57,826 nucleotides of DNA, taken from the NCBI GenBank assembly GCA_964575225.1, contig CAZNQW010000002.1:1-57826 (forward strand). The letters are read 5' to 3'. Below, one piece after another: positions 18,689 to 28,095 of this stretch. The stretch comes from an uncultured Anaerolineaceae bacterium (GTDB lineage: Bacteria > Chloroflexota > Anaerolineae > JAAYZQ01). The position numbers and the translations under genes were made by a program. Every line of letters starts with the position of its first letter. Position 1 is the stretch's first letter. The notes below the pieces were generated by a model. The model saw only the letters and a program-made list of their open reading frames with translations. It made no database searches and was not told the DNA's origin.

Positions 18689-19139
18689 AAAAGAGGTTTA
18701 AAAAGACCCGCAGAGGAGAGCGATGCCCGTTGGGGGCGTGGGGCATAGGGGAGGGGCCGGCTCTGCGCTGATCGGGCAGGCAGTTGATCACCGATGGCTT
18801 GGGGGTGAGTTGCTGGACCTGAGCCGCAAGCTGTCGGGTTCGGGCTTCCCGCAGCGCGGCCATTGTCCGCCGGCTGTGGGGATGAAACGCATAGGCCTGC
18901 CGCAGGTAAGCGATGCGCTCTTGCTGGTCGTCAGCCAGGTCTGCCAACCGGAGCCAGGTTTCTTCATCATCGGCCTGAAAGGCCAGGATCCAGCGCAAGA
19001 AGCGCCGTGCTCGCGGCAATTGGCCCGCTTCGATGGCCGCCTCTGCTTGGGCCCACCATTCGGCAATGTGGTCTGTGATGGTCGACTGTGAAGTTGAATC
19101 AGTCATGGTTTCATGGGAACAAGTTGGCATCGTGTGCAT
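18687..19139 (-). CDS. Hypothetical protein with a TPR-like helical repeat
   Basis: The segment AEAAIEAGQLPRARRFLRWILAFQADDEETWLRLADLADDQQERIAYLRQAYAFHPHS resembles a TPR unit. The start codon is uncertain: ATGs at 19139, 19130 and 19106 all lack a clear SD. Confidence 0.45.
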   Translation of the reverse strand: MHTMPTCSHETMTDSTSQSTITDHIAEWWAQAEAAIEAGQLPRARRFLRWILAFQADDEETWLRLADLADDQQERIAYLRQAYAFHPHSRRTMAALREARTRQLAAQVQQLTPKPSVINCLPDQRRAGPSPMPHAPNGHRSPLRVFLNLF

Positions 19140-19332
19140 CGATCATTCCGGTTTTTGCTTCGAAAGGTACTTACTGCCCTACTATACTCGATTGAGTGTG
19201 GGAATGCAATGGTACTCACGGAGGAAAGGGGGTACCGTAGGGGCTAGTCCCTGTGGTCCGCACGCTGAAAGACCTTGCGGAGAGTGTGTTTTTCCGCAGG
19301 GAGAGGGTGGGAAACCCATGCGCGGCGATTGA

Positions 19333-19361
19333 TTTGCCTTACTTTGCGGGTTATGCTATAC
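19333..19361 (+). promoter_or_regulatory. Sigma70-like promoter (TTGCCT-17 nt-TATACT) upstream of rpsB
   Basis: -35 at 19333-19338 and -10 at 19356-19361, with 17-nt spacing. It would give a leader of about 110 nt before the rpsB GTG. Confidence 0.45.
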
Positions 19362-19479
19362 TGCCGCCTGCTATGCTATCTCACACACTTCCAGACTGGG
19401 TGGGTGTGCCTGTGTGCGCCAAGCGCAGGTGTTCGCTCGGGCAGAAGGAAGTGGAGGAAAAACAAAAAGGGAGGATCCT

Positions 19480-20313
19480 GTGGCAAACATTACGATGAAA
19501 GCACTCTTGGAAGCGGGAGTGCACTTTGGCCACCGCACGCAGCGGTGGAACCCCAAGATGAAGCCGTTCATTTTCACCGAGAGGAACGGCATCCACATCA
19601 TCGATCTGCAGCAGACCATTGTTCGTCTGGAACAGGCGTACGACCGGGTGCGGGACGCGGTAGCCGGAGGAGGCACCGTGGTTTTTGTCGGCACCAAGAA
19701 GCAGGCCGCGGAGAACTTGGCGCAAGCGGCTCAGAGCTGCGGTATGCCCTACGTGGACGAGCGCTGGCTGGGCGGCACGCTGACCAACTGGAAGACGATC
19801 AAGAGTCGGATCGATTACCTGTTGGAACTGGAGCAGCGCAAAGAAGTCGGGGACTTTGAGCGGCTGCCCAAGAAAGAGGCGCTCAAACTCGAGCAATTGA
19901 TCGGCAAGCTGAATCGACGCCTGGGCGGCCTCAAGACCATGACCCGCCTTCCTGAATTGCTGTTTGTGGTCGATGTGCGCCGTGAGGCGATTGCCGTCAA
20001 AGAGGGGACAATTCTGAATATCCCTGTCCTTGCCATGTTGGATACCAACTGCGATCCCGACCCCATCGATTTGGTGATCCCGTCTAACGACGACGCCATC
20101 CGGGCGATCAAGTTGATTGTCGGCCACATGGCCGATGCAGTCAATGAGGGCAAGCAGATCCGGCAGGCCATGCAGGTGGATGAGGAAGAGGTCGAGGACG
20201 AAAAGTACCTGGGACAGGCAACCCTCGCCAAGCTTCGCTCTGGTGACTATGCCTTCGAAGATGACGAGGACGAGGATTTCGTGGATGACGACGATGAGGA
20301 TACTGAGGACTAG
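19480..20313 (+). CDS. rpsB: 30S ribosomal protein S2
   Basis: GTG 19480 follows GGGAGGA and gives [27 protein letters not shown], the family-typical N-terminus. The protein has an acidic C-terminal tail ([18 protein letters not shown]). Confidence 0.95.
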   Translation: MANITMKALLEAGVHFGHRTQRWNPKMKPFIFTERNGIHIIDLQQTIVRLEQAYDRVRDAVAGGGTVVFVGTKKQAAENLAQAAQSCGMPYVDERWLGGTLTNWKTIKSRIDYLLELEQRKEVGDFERLPKKEALKLEQLIGKLNRRLGGLKTMTRLPELLFVVDVRREAIAVKEGTILNIPVLAMLDTNCDPDPIDLVIPSNDDAIRAIKLIVGHMADAVNEGKQIRQAMQVDEEEVEDEKYLGQATLAKLRSGDYAFEDDEDEDFVDDDDEDTED

Positions 20314-20328
20314 AGGGGGATATTAGAC

Positions 20329-20925
20329 GTGGCGGCAATTTCAGCAAGTATGGTGAAGGGGCTTCGAGAGGCAACGGGAGCCGGGATTCTGGATTGCAAG
20401 ACGGCCCTCGAACTCTTTGATGGTGATTTTGACAAGGCGGCGACGCACCTTCGGGAAAAGGGACTGGCGGCGGCGGCCAAGCGCTCTGGGCGTGACGCAC
20501 GGGAAGGGATCATTGGTTCCTACATCCATGCGGGCGCCAAGGTCGGTGCGCTGGTAGAAGTGAACTGCGAGACCGATTTTGTGGCTCGGACAGATGTTTT
20601 CCAGGAGCTGGCTCACGATCTGGCTATGCAGATTGTGGCTGCCCGGCCTGTCTATCTGGCCCCGGAGGATGTGCCGGCTGAAGTGGTTGACGAGGAAAAG
20701 CGGGTATATCGCGCCCAGTTGGAAGATTCGGACAAGCCGGCCAATGTCGTGGAGCGGATCGTGGAGGGCAAGTTGGCCAAATTCTACGAGGCCGTCTGTC
20801 TGATGGAGCAGCCGTTCATCAAAGACTCGGCAATCACTGTCAAAGAGCTGGTCCAGCAGCAGAATGCCCAGCTTGGCGAAAATGTCATCATACGACGGTT
20901 TGTGCGATTTGAAATCGGTGACTAA
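20329..20925 (+). CDS. tsf: Elongation factor Ts (short, ~198-aa form)
   Basis: The N-terminal UBA-like domain reads [19 protein letters not shown], followed by [22 protein letters not shown]. Confidence 0.95.
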   Translation: MAAISASMVKGLREATGAGILDCKTALELFDGDFDKAATHLREKGLAAAAKRSGRDAREGIIGSYIHAGAKVGALVEVNCETDFVARTDVFQELAHDLAMQIVAARPVYLAPEDVPAEVVDEEKRVYRAQLEDSDKPANVVERIVEGKLAKFYEAVCLMEQPFIKDSAITVKELVQQQNAQLGENVIIRRFVRFEIGD

Positions 20926-20960
20926 CGTCACCGATTTCGGTCTGGTCTACAATAGGCTAG

Positions 20961-21686
<726 letters not shown>

Positions 21687-21760
21687 ATGAGGTTTGATGG
21701 CGGTGCGTTCGTTTGGGATAGGGGTTTTTGCAGCGGACGTCTGACCGGAAGGAGAAAAGT

Positions 21761-22318
21761 ATGATAGATGACGCGTTGGACGAACTGCGACAGCGCATGG
21801 TCAAGTCGGTGGAGGTACTTCAGGATGACTTGATAGGCATCCGCACCGGGCGGGCGTCACCCGCTCTGTTGGAGCGGTTGCCTGTGGAGTACTATGGCAC
21901 GATGACGCCTCTCAATCAGATGGCCAGTATTGCTGCGCCCGAGCCACGCTTGCTCGTGGTCAAGCCCTGGGATGCATCGGCCCTGCATGATATCGAACGG
22001 GCCATTCTCAAATCGGATTTGGGGCTGACGCCCATGAACGATGGCAAGCTGATCCGATTGAGCATCCCCCGGTTGACTGAGGAGCGACGACGGGATCTGG
22101 TCAAGGTCGTCGCCAAGCGAGTGGAAGAGGCGCGCGTCTCGATCCGCAACCTGCGCCGTGACGCCCTGCAGGACCTCAAGGATTTTGAAAACGAGAAAAT
22201 GATCTCGGAGGACGAGTTCTACCGGGGCAAGGACAAAGTCCAGGAGTTGACCGACGAGTTCATCAAGCAAGTGGATGAGATCGGCAAGCGCAAAGAGACC
22301 GAGGTCCTGGAGATCTAG
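21761..22318 (+). CDS. frr: Ribosome recycling factor
   Basis: ATG 21761 follows GGAAGGAG. Sequence blocks: MIDDALDELRQRMVKSVE...IRTGRASPALLE...LTEERRRDLVK. Confidence 0.95.
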   Translation: MIDDALDELRQRMVKSVEVLQDDLIGIRTGRASPALLERLPVEYYGTMTPLNQMASIAAPEPRLLVVKPWDASALHDIERAILKSDLGLTPMNDGKLIRLSIPRLTEERRRDLVKVVAKRVEEARVSIRNLRRDALQDLKDFENEKMISEDEFYRGKDKVQELTDEFIKQVDEIGKRKETEVLEI

Positions 22319-22373
22319 CCTTTGCAGGGATCCATATAGGCTTGGTCGTGGCTAGATGACACGCATGCAAATG

Positions 22374-22417
22374 GGGGTTGAGAGGGTCGGTAGTGAGCCT
22401 CCTCAACCCCTGTTTTC
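22374..22417 (+). terminator. Intrinsic terminator-like hairpin between frr and uppS
   Basis: GGGGTTGAGAGGG (22374-22386) pairs with CCTCCTCAACCCC (22398-22410): nine perfect bp plus three more beyond one mismatch. TGTTTTC follows. Confidence 0.5.
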
Positions 22418-22467
22418 ATCCTATCCCCAGGCGGGTGGGATGGAATTGCCTGGAAGGGTGTGGGGAT

Positions 22468-23235
22468 ATGACGGCTGACGAAACCAAATTGGAAAAGCTG
22501 CCACGGCACGTGGCCATCATCATGGATGGAAATGGGCGATGGGCCAAAGCTCGGGGGTTGCCACGGTTGGCAGGACATCGCGCCGGTACAGAGAATCTAC
22601 GCCCCATCCTTGAAGCCAGCGTCGAATTCGGCATTCAGGTCCTTACCATCTGGGCCTTTTCGACGGAGAACTGGAGCCGACCCATGCAGGAAGTTCAGGG
22701 CTTGCTGCGCATCCTGCGCCGTATGATCCAGCGTGAATTAAAAGAACTGCACGAGCAAGGTGTTCAGCTTTGTCATATTGGCCGACTGGATCGTCTGCCT
22801 GCCGGACTTCAGAAGCAGGTGCGAGACGCCGTCGAACTCACCCGCAATAACGACCGCTTGATCCTGAATGTCGCCTTTGACTATGGCGGCCGCAGCGAGA
22901 TTATCCAGGCGGTGCAACGGATCGTGCAAGATGGCATTCCTTCAGAGCAAATCGACGAGGCTCTGTTCTCCAGTTACATGTACACGGCTGGGATGCCCGA
23001 TCCGGACCTGATCATCCGCACCAGCGGGGAGCTGCGAACCAGCGGCTTTATGATGTGGCAGGCAGCCTATGCCGAGTACTATATCACACCTACCTATTGG
23101 CCGGACTTTGACCGGGACGAGTTGTACAAGGCCCTGCTGGCCTACAGCCAGCGCGATCGCCGATTCGGCGGGATCAAAGACGACTATGGGATCCCGACCA
23201 ATTCCTTGCCCGAGACCAAGCCAGACGAGGCCTAG
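22468..23235 (+). CDS. uppS: Undecaprenyl-diphosphate synthase (cis-prenyltransferase)
   Basis: ATG 22468 gives [26 protein letters not shown]. Further motifs: [13 protein letters not shown] and [23 protein letters not shown]. Confidence 0.92.
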   Translation: MTADETKLEKLPRHVAIIMDGNGRWAKARGLPRLAGHRAGTENLRPILEASVEFGIQVLTIWAFSTENWSRPMQEVQGLLRILRRMIQRELKELHEQGVQLCHIGRLDRLPAGLQKQVRDAVELTRNNDRLILNVAFDYGGRSEIIQAVQRIVQDGIPSEQIDEALFSSYMYTAGMPDPDLIIRTSGELRTSGFMMWQAAYAEYYITPTYWPDFDRDELYKALLAYSQRDRRFGGIKDDYGIPTNSLPETKPDEA

Positions 23236-23237
23236 AT

Positions 23238-24050
23238 ATGCTGCGAACCCGCGTTGCAAGCGCCTTGGTGCTGATTCCCCTGGTGGGGGCCGTGACCTAT
23301 GCCGGCGGTTGGGTGCTGGCCGTTGCCCTGTGGGCTGTGGCCGTTCTGGCGGCTCACGAGCTGTTTGAACTGATGCGGGGGGCGGGCTATCAGCCGGTAT
23401 TGCCCGCCAGCGCCTTGGTGATGGCCGGTATGATGATCTCCGCTCGTTTGCCTGACTGGGAGTTGATTGGGTTGGTGCTGACGGCCTCGGTGATAGGGAC
23501 GCTGATCTGGCATCTGCTGCGCCCGCCCGTTGACCATCCCACCCAGAGTTGGGCGTTGACGCTTTCGACGGCGTTGTGGCTGGGGTGGCTCATCAGTCAT
23601 TTTGTGTTGCTACGGGATCTTTCGCCGGCGTTTGGTGTGGGGGTGGGCACCCGCTGGTTGATCCTGATGTTTCTGGTGACCTGGATTAACGACTCGGCTG
23701 CTTATTTTGTGGGGGTCGCCATTGGTCGTCATCCCTGCTGTCCCTACCTCAGCCCCAAAAAGACCTGGGAGGGCACGGTTGGCGGCTGGATCGGTGGGGT
23801 GGCGGCGACGGCGCTGTTGGGAGCCTGGTTGGTGGAACTGCCTTGGGGGCATGGCCTGGCCTTGGGTGCGCTCGTGGCAACGGTGGCTCCCTTTGGCGAT
23901 CTGGCCAAGTCGATGGTCAAACGCCAGATGGGTGTCAAGGATTTCAGCTCCCTGATCCCCGGCCATGGTGGCATGTTCGACCGGATTGACAGCCTGCTCT
24001 TTGTGGCGCCGCTGATGTACTACTATGCCGTGCGGGTATTGGCCGTCTAG
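23238..24050 (+). CDS. cdsA: Phosphatidate cytidylyltransferase
   Basis: A multi-TM protein carrying the CDS signature SMVKRQMGVKDFSSLIPGHGGMFDRIDSLLF. Confidence 0.9.
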   Translation: MLRTRVASALVLIPLVGAVTYAGGWVLAVALWAVAVLAAHELFELMRGAGYQPVLPASALVMAGMMISARLPDWELIGLVLTASVIGTLIWHLLRPPVDHPTQSWALTLSTALWLGWLISHFVLLRDLSPAFGVGVGTRWLILMFLVTWINDSAAYFVGVAIGRHPCCPYLSPKKTWEGTVGGWIGGVAATALLGAWLVELPWGHGLALGALVATVAPFGDLAKSMVKRQMGVKDFSSLIPGHGGMFDRIDSLLFVAPLMYYYAVRVLAV

Positions 24051-24167
24051 TAGCCGGACACCTTTGCAAGGGCTCTTTTCCCCTTTTTCAGTCAACCTCG
24101 TGGGTGAACCAGCGCCATGCCCAAAGCAGTTTCACTATTGCTGATTATTGAGGCCGTCTATCCCAAA

Positions 24168-24196
24168 TTGACAACTCTGTGAACCGATGCTATATT
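24168..24196 (+). promoter_or_regulatory. Sigma70-like promoter (TTGACA-17 nt-TATATT, TGn extended -10) upstream of the nuclease gene
   Basis: -35 TTGACA at 24168-24173 and -10 TATATT at 24191-24196, preceded by TGC. It predicts a leader of about 190 nt. Confidence 0.5.
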
Positions 24197-24310
24197 GGTG
24201 CGGTCGAGATGGAGAGACGGATCCCAACCATCGGGTGGTATTCACCGATCTACTCAAGTAGTTGGGGACAGAATGAGCGATGATGTTCCATTCGAGCAAC
24301 AGGTCCACAG

Positions 24311-24347
24311 AAGGGCAACCGCCTTTCCAGCGGGCCTTTTTTGTTTT
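24311..24347 (+). terminator. Terminator-like hairpin inside the nuclease 5' leader
   Basis: GGC-AA-CCGC (24314-24322), loop CTTTCCA, then GCGG-GCC (24330-24336), followed by TTTTTTGTTTTCG. It lies 48 nt upstream of the ATG at 24395. Confidence 0.4.
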
Positions 24348-24394
24348 CGTTTGGGCACCTTGCCACCGACGTGGGAGGAATAGGAGAAGCGAGT

Positions 24395-27300
24395 ATGGGT
24401 AGGCCGTCGATGGTCTTGGGGCTGGTAATCGCACTGGCCTTGTGGGTGGCGGCGGCAGTTGCGGTTCAGGTCCCCGCTGTGGCCAGCAATGACCTTGCAG
24501 GCTTGACTGTGCTGAGGGCTGCCGCTGAAGGCGGTGTGCCTTCTTGCTCCAGCGTCTACGATGTGCAATACACCACCGACCCAGGCGCCGATGGGACCTA
24601 TCCTTCCCCCTGTGCCGACCGGTTGGCCCGGGTGCGCGGAGTGGTCTACGGGGTTGCCGATGATGGCTACTTTCTGGCCGAAGCCGCAGGACCATGGCAT
24701 GGGATCTATGTCTATGGCATTCGCGGCTACACGCCGATGGTAGGCGATGAGGTCGAGGTGGCGGGGTCGATCAAGGAATACTATGGTCTGACGGAGTTTA
24801 GTTTTCCCACAACCACGCTGGTCAGCAGTGGCCATCCCCTGCCGGGGATGACGGTTGTGACGGCGGCAGACCTGCCCTATGGCAAGGGGAGCCTCAGCGA
24901 GCCGTATGAAGGGGTTCTGGTGGAGGTGCACGACATCCAGGTGACCGCGCTGGACGGCTACAATATCTGGGCGTTTACCGATGGCAGCGGGGGCACCGCC
25001 AAGGCAGACGACTGGTTCTACCATGTTGCTCCGGCCGTCGGTGATGCCTTCACCACCCTGCGCGGGCCTGTGGTGTACGATTACGACGAATACAAGATCA
25101 TGCCCCGTGGGGCTGGGGATGTGGCGACCCGTCCCGAGGTCTTGAAGGAATCGCCGACCCACACGGAAACCGGGGACTCAACGGGCGGCGGTGAGGTTGT
25201 CGCTATCCACCAGATTCAGGGGGATGGTTTTCAATCCCCCTACGATGGTGTGCGGGTGACGACGGCGGGTGTGGTTCTGGGCTTTTTCGAGGGCAATACG
25301 CCGGGCGGCAGCCAATTTGACGGATTCTACATTCAGGATCCCACCGGCGACGGCAATCCGGCAACCTCGGATGGGATTTTGGTCCATCATGGCGCCCACG
25401 TGGTGACCGTCCACGTGGGCGACGTGGTGACGGTTACCGGCTGGGTGGATGAGTACAACGAGTATGGGGAACCCGGCCCCGCGTGCGAGACGCAGATTTT
25501 GGTAGAGTCTTCCGCCGGCATCGAATGGAAAAGCACGGCCCCTTTGCCGCCGGCGGTCATTCTCGACCCACCCGGCGATCCTGATGCGGCGCAGGCTTAT
25601 TTTGAGGCGTTGGAAGGTATGATGGTCACTTTGCCGGTGACCGGTGCGGTGGTGGGCCCCACCAGCTATGGGACGATCATGATCGTGCCCGGTGACGAGG
25701 GCGTCGACCGGGTGTTGCATGGCTCAGCTCAACAGGGCATGGCCTTTGGCGTGCGCCCAGAGGAACGGTACGGGGGTGGAGCTCCGTCCTTGATGGTGGG
25801 CAGCATCGTGACGGGAGTGAATGGCCCTCTGGCCTACACGTATGGCAATTATGTGGTAGTCGACCAAGATGGCTATGAGGTAGAGTTTTCGCAGCCCGAA
25901 CCGGTTCCGGCACCGGGCTGGCCTGCTGCTGCTGCCTACGAGTTCACGGTGGTTACCCTCAATGCCTACGATTTCTTTGACACAGTCAACGATCCAGTGA
26001 CGGCCGATGCGGTCCAAAGCGTGCTCAACTATGAGATACAAAAGTCCAAACTCGCGCACACCATCGCCCAGGCAGGTTGCCCCCTGTTGGTTGCCCTGCA
26101 AGAGGTGGAAAACGAGCAGGTGTTGCAGGAGTTGGCCGCCGTCTTGATGGCCGAACACGGGTGCGCCTATTCAACGTATATGGAGGAGGGGCTGGACGAA
26201 CGGGGCATCGACGTGGCTGTACTGGGAGCCAGGGATCGTGTCACCGTCGAGAGCGTGACTCAATATCAGGACTGCACCGCCTACCCTACGGGGCTGGGCC
26301 AGGGAGCCTGCCCCGAGGGCCTGCAACGCCTCTACTCCCGGCCTCCTCTGGTGGTCACGGCGACGGTGCAGCACGAGACCCTCCCTCAAGTGACCCGTCG
26401 GGTGGTGTTGGTTGCCAATCACCTAAAGTCCAAGCTCAGTACCGAAGGCGATCCCGAGAGTGCCCAGTGGCGAGGGCTCCAGGCCGAATCCCTGGCCCGG
26501 CTTGCCCTTGACCTGGCGTCCGGCGAACCCGAGGCCTCTCTGATGGTCCTGGGAGATTTGAACGACTTTGAGGATTCCCTTCCCTTGGACGCCCTGTATG
26601 CCACCGATTTGTTGACCAATACCTGGTACACGTTAGCGCCCGAGGAGCGGTATAGCTATATCTACAATGGCGTTTCTCAGGCGCTGGACCACATCCTGAT
26701 CTCACCCGATCTTGTGCCGCTCCTGATAGGGGTGCACCCCCTTCGCGTCAATTCCGACTGGCCCTATCTGCCGTACGCCAACGATGCGGCCCTGCCGGCC
26801 CGAGCGTCGGATCATGATCTGGTGGCGGCCACTTTTCTCCTGGGGTGGCCCGAGATCGTGAGCTTCGATCTGGTCCAGTCGGAGGACCCGGGCGCCTGGA
26901 CTCCGGTGACAGGCGACCTGGATTCCGGCTATACCATGACCCTGAGTTGTGCGGTGCCTATCCATTTGGTCAATAGCAGCGGCGTGGAAACCAGCAATCC
27001 CCTGCTGGCAGGGGATTACGGTTTTCTGCTTGATTCCGAATCGATGCCCGATGGGTTCTTGGACGATTGGGCAGATCGCGGTGTTGCGGAATGGGCATCT
27101 GGCTGGTACGCGGCGATGGGGGAGATCATCCATGGCCGGTTGCCCGCATTCTACCTCAGGGTCACCGATGGCGCTGACGGAAAAGAGTACATGTTGGTCG
27201 ACGGGTTCGCCCGGGATTTTGGCCACGGCGCCGACGAGTATTGGCGGATCGCGGGCAACCAACCAGGCGGAAACTATCGCTTTGTGGGCGTTATCGAGGA

Positions 27301-28045
27301 CGAATCGGGGCTGACCAATACGGTCGAGTTGGATGTGACCCTGCTCGCGCCCAGTTTGTCCATCACCCACACGGTGGAGGCAGCCCATACGCCGGCCTAT
27401 CCGGGCGATCCGGTGACCTATACTGTGATCGTGGCCAATCGAGGGAATGCTGGGGCAGCGGGCGTTCACGTCACCGATGCTCTACCCCCAGGCGTGACCG
27501 GAACCGATCTGGACTGGACCGGCCCTGTCTTGGCTGGGGGGCAGGTCGAGTTCAAGATTTCGGCTGCGCTCGACCGGAACCCCGAGTTGTACGGCCAGGT
27601 GATTACCAACGCGGCTTTGATCAATTATCTGGATTGCGAGATGGGTTCTGCGGTTGCCCGCCTGCACGTGAAAGCGGCAGGCGAACTGTCCATCGTTAAA
27701 AGAGTGCAGGCGCCGCAGGATCGAGTGTGTGCCGGTGATGCGCTCACCTACTCGGTCATCGTGTCCAACGAGGGGGCCATGACGGCGCTGGCTGTGGTCA
27801 TTACCGATACTTTGCCACCAGGCGTCCACGGTCAGGATCTGGTCTGGCAAGGGGACATCAGCGCCGGCCAGCGGGTCGAATTTTCGGTTCCGGCGGCCGT
27901 GTCTTTAGCGCCCGAATTCCGGGGCGCAACGATTACCAACACGGCCTATTACCGATACGACGGCGTGGTCGGCTGGGATGCGGTGGCCTTGACGGTGTCG
28001 CGCGGCTGGCGGACCTATCTACCGATCATTCTCCGCCTTGAGTAA
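24395..28045 (+). CDS. Large secreted nuclease, endonuclease/exonuclease/phosphatase (EEP) family, ExeM/NucH-like, with two C-terminal DUF11-type repeats
   Basis: ATG 24395 follows GGAGGAATAGGAG. Signal peptide: MGRPSMVLGLVIALALWVAAAVAVQVPAVAS. EEP motifs: VVTLNAYDFFD, ALQEVEN, VANHLKSK, VLGDLNDF, SDHDLVAATF. The two repeats are TYTVIVANRGNAGAAGVHVTDALPPGVTG and TYSVIVSNEGAMTALAVVITDTLPPGVHG. The protein ends ...WRTYLPIILRLE. Confidence 0.8.
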   Translation: MGRPSMVLGLVIALALWVAAAVAVQVPAVASNDLAGLTVLRAAAEGGVPSCSSVYDVQYTTDPGADGTYPSPCADRLARVRGVVYGVADDGYFLAEAAGPWHGIYVYGIRGYTPMVGDEVEVAGSIKEYYGLTEFSFPTTTLVSSGHPLPGMTVVTAADLPYGKGSLSEPYEGVLVEVHDIQVTALDGYNIWAFTDGSGGTAKADDWFYHVAPAVGDAFTTLRGPVVYDYDEYKIMPRGAGDVATRPEVLKESPTHTETGDSTGGGEVVAIHQIQGDGFQSPYDGVRVTTAGVVLGFFEGNTPGGSQFDGFYIQDPTGDGNPATSDGILVHHGAHVVTVHVGDVVTVTGWVDEYNEYGEPGPACETQILVESSAGIEWKSTAPLPPAVILDPPGDPDAAQAYFEALEGMMVTLPVTGAVVGPTSYGTIMIVPGDEGVDRVLHGSAQQGMAFGVRPEERYGGGAPSLMVGSIVTGVNGPLAYTYGNYVVVDQDGYEVEFSQPEPVPAPGWPAAAAYEFTVVTLNAYDFFDTVNDPVTADAVQSVLNYEIQKSKLAHTIAQAGCPLLVALQEVENEQVLQELAAVLMAEHGCAYSTYMEEGLDERGIDVAVLGARDRVTVESVTQYQDCTAYPTGLGQGACPEGLQRLYSRPPLVVTATVQHETLPQVTRRVVLVANHLKSKLSTEGDPESAQWRGLQAESLARLALDLASGEPEASLMVLGDLNDFEDSLPLDALYATDLLTNTWYTLAPEERYSYIYNGVSQALDHILISPDLVPLLIGVHPLRVNSDWPYLPYANDAALPARASDHDLVAATFLLGWPEIVSFDLVQSEDPGAWTPVTGDLDSGYTMTLSCAVPIHLVNSSGVETSNPLLAGDYGFLLDSESMPDGFLDDWADRGVAEWASGWYAAMGEIIHGRLPAFYLRVTDGADGKEYMLVDGFARDFGHGADEYWRIAGNQPGGNYRFVGVIEDESGLTNTVELDVTLLAPSLSITHTVEAAHTPAYPGDPVTYTVIVANRGNAGAAGVHVTDALPPGVTGTDLDWTGPVLAGGQVEFKISAALDRNPELYGQVITNAALINYLDCEMGSAVARLHVKAAGELSIVKRVQAPQDRVCAGDALTYSVIVSNEGAMTALAVVITDTLPPGVHGQDLVWQGDISAGQRVEFSVPAAVSLAPEFRGATITNTAYYRYDGVVGWDAVALTVSRGWRTYLPIILRLE

Positions 28046-28095
28046 CGGCCCAGCCTGTGTGACAAGAGCCCGATGTTTCGAGATAGTAACACAGA

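Noticed and set aside
20260-20313. The poly-acidic tail of ribosomal protein S2 ([18 protein letters not shown]) as an anomaly.
   Set aside because: C-terminal acidic extensions of S2 vary between lineages and are low-complexity. There is nothing further to test from sequence alone.
24195-24383. The 62-aa ORF in the nuclease leader as a leader peptide or small protein.
   Set aside because: It has no SD, its composition is Arg/Gly-rich shadow-like, and it spans the terminator-like hairpin. An RNA-level function is more plausible.
24203-24394. A c-di-GMP (GEMM-I/II) or other known riboswitch in the nuclease leader.
   Set aside because: I found no ACGCAAAGC / GGCAAACC-type GEMM-I core and no tetraloop-receptor arrangement. 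Only the generic hairpin plus U-tract is visible, so it is reported as an unclassified leader.
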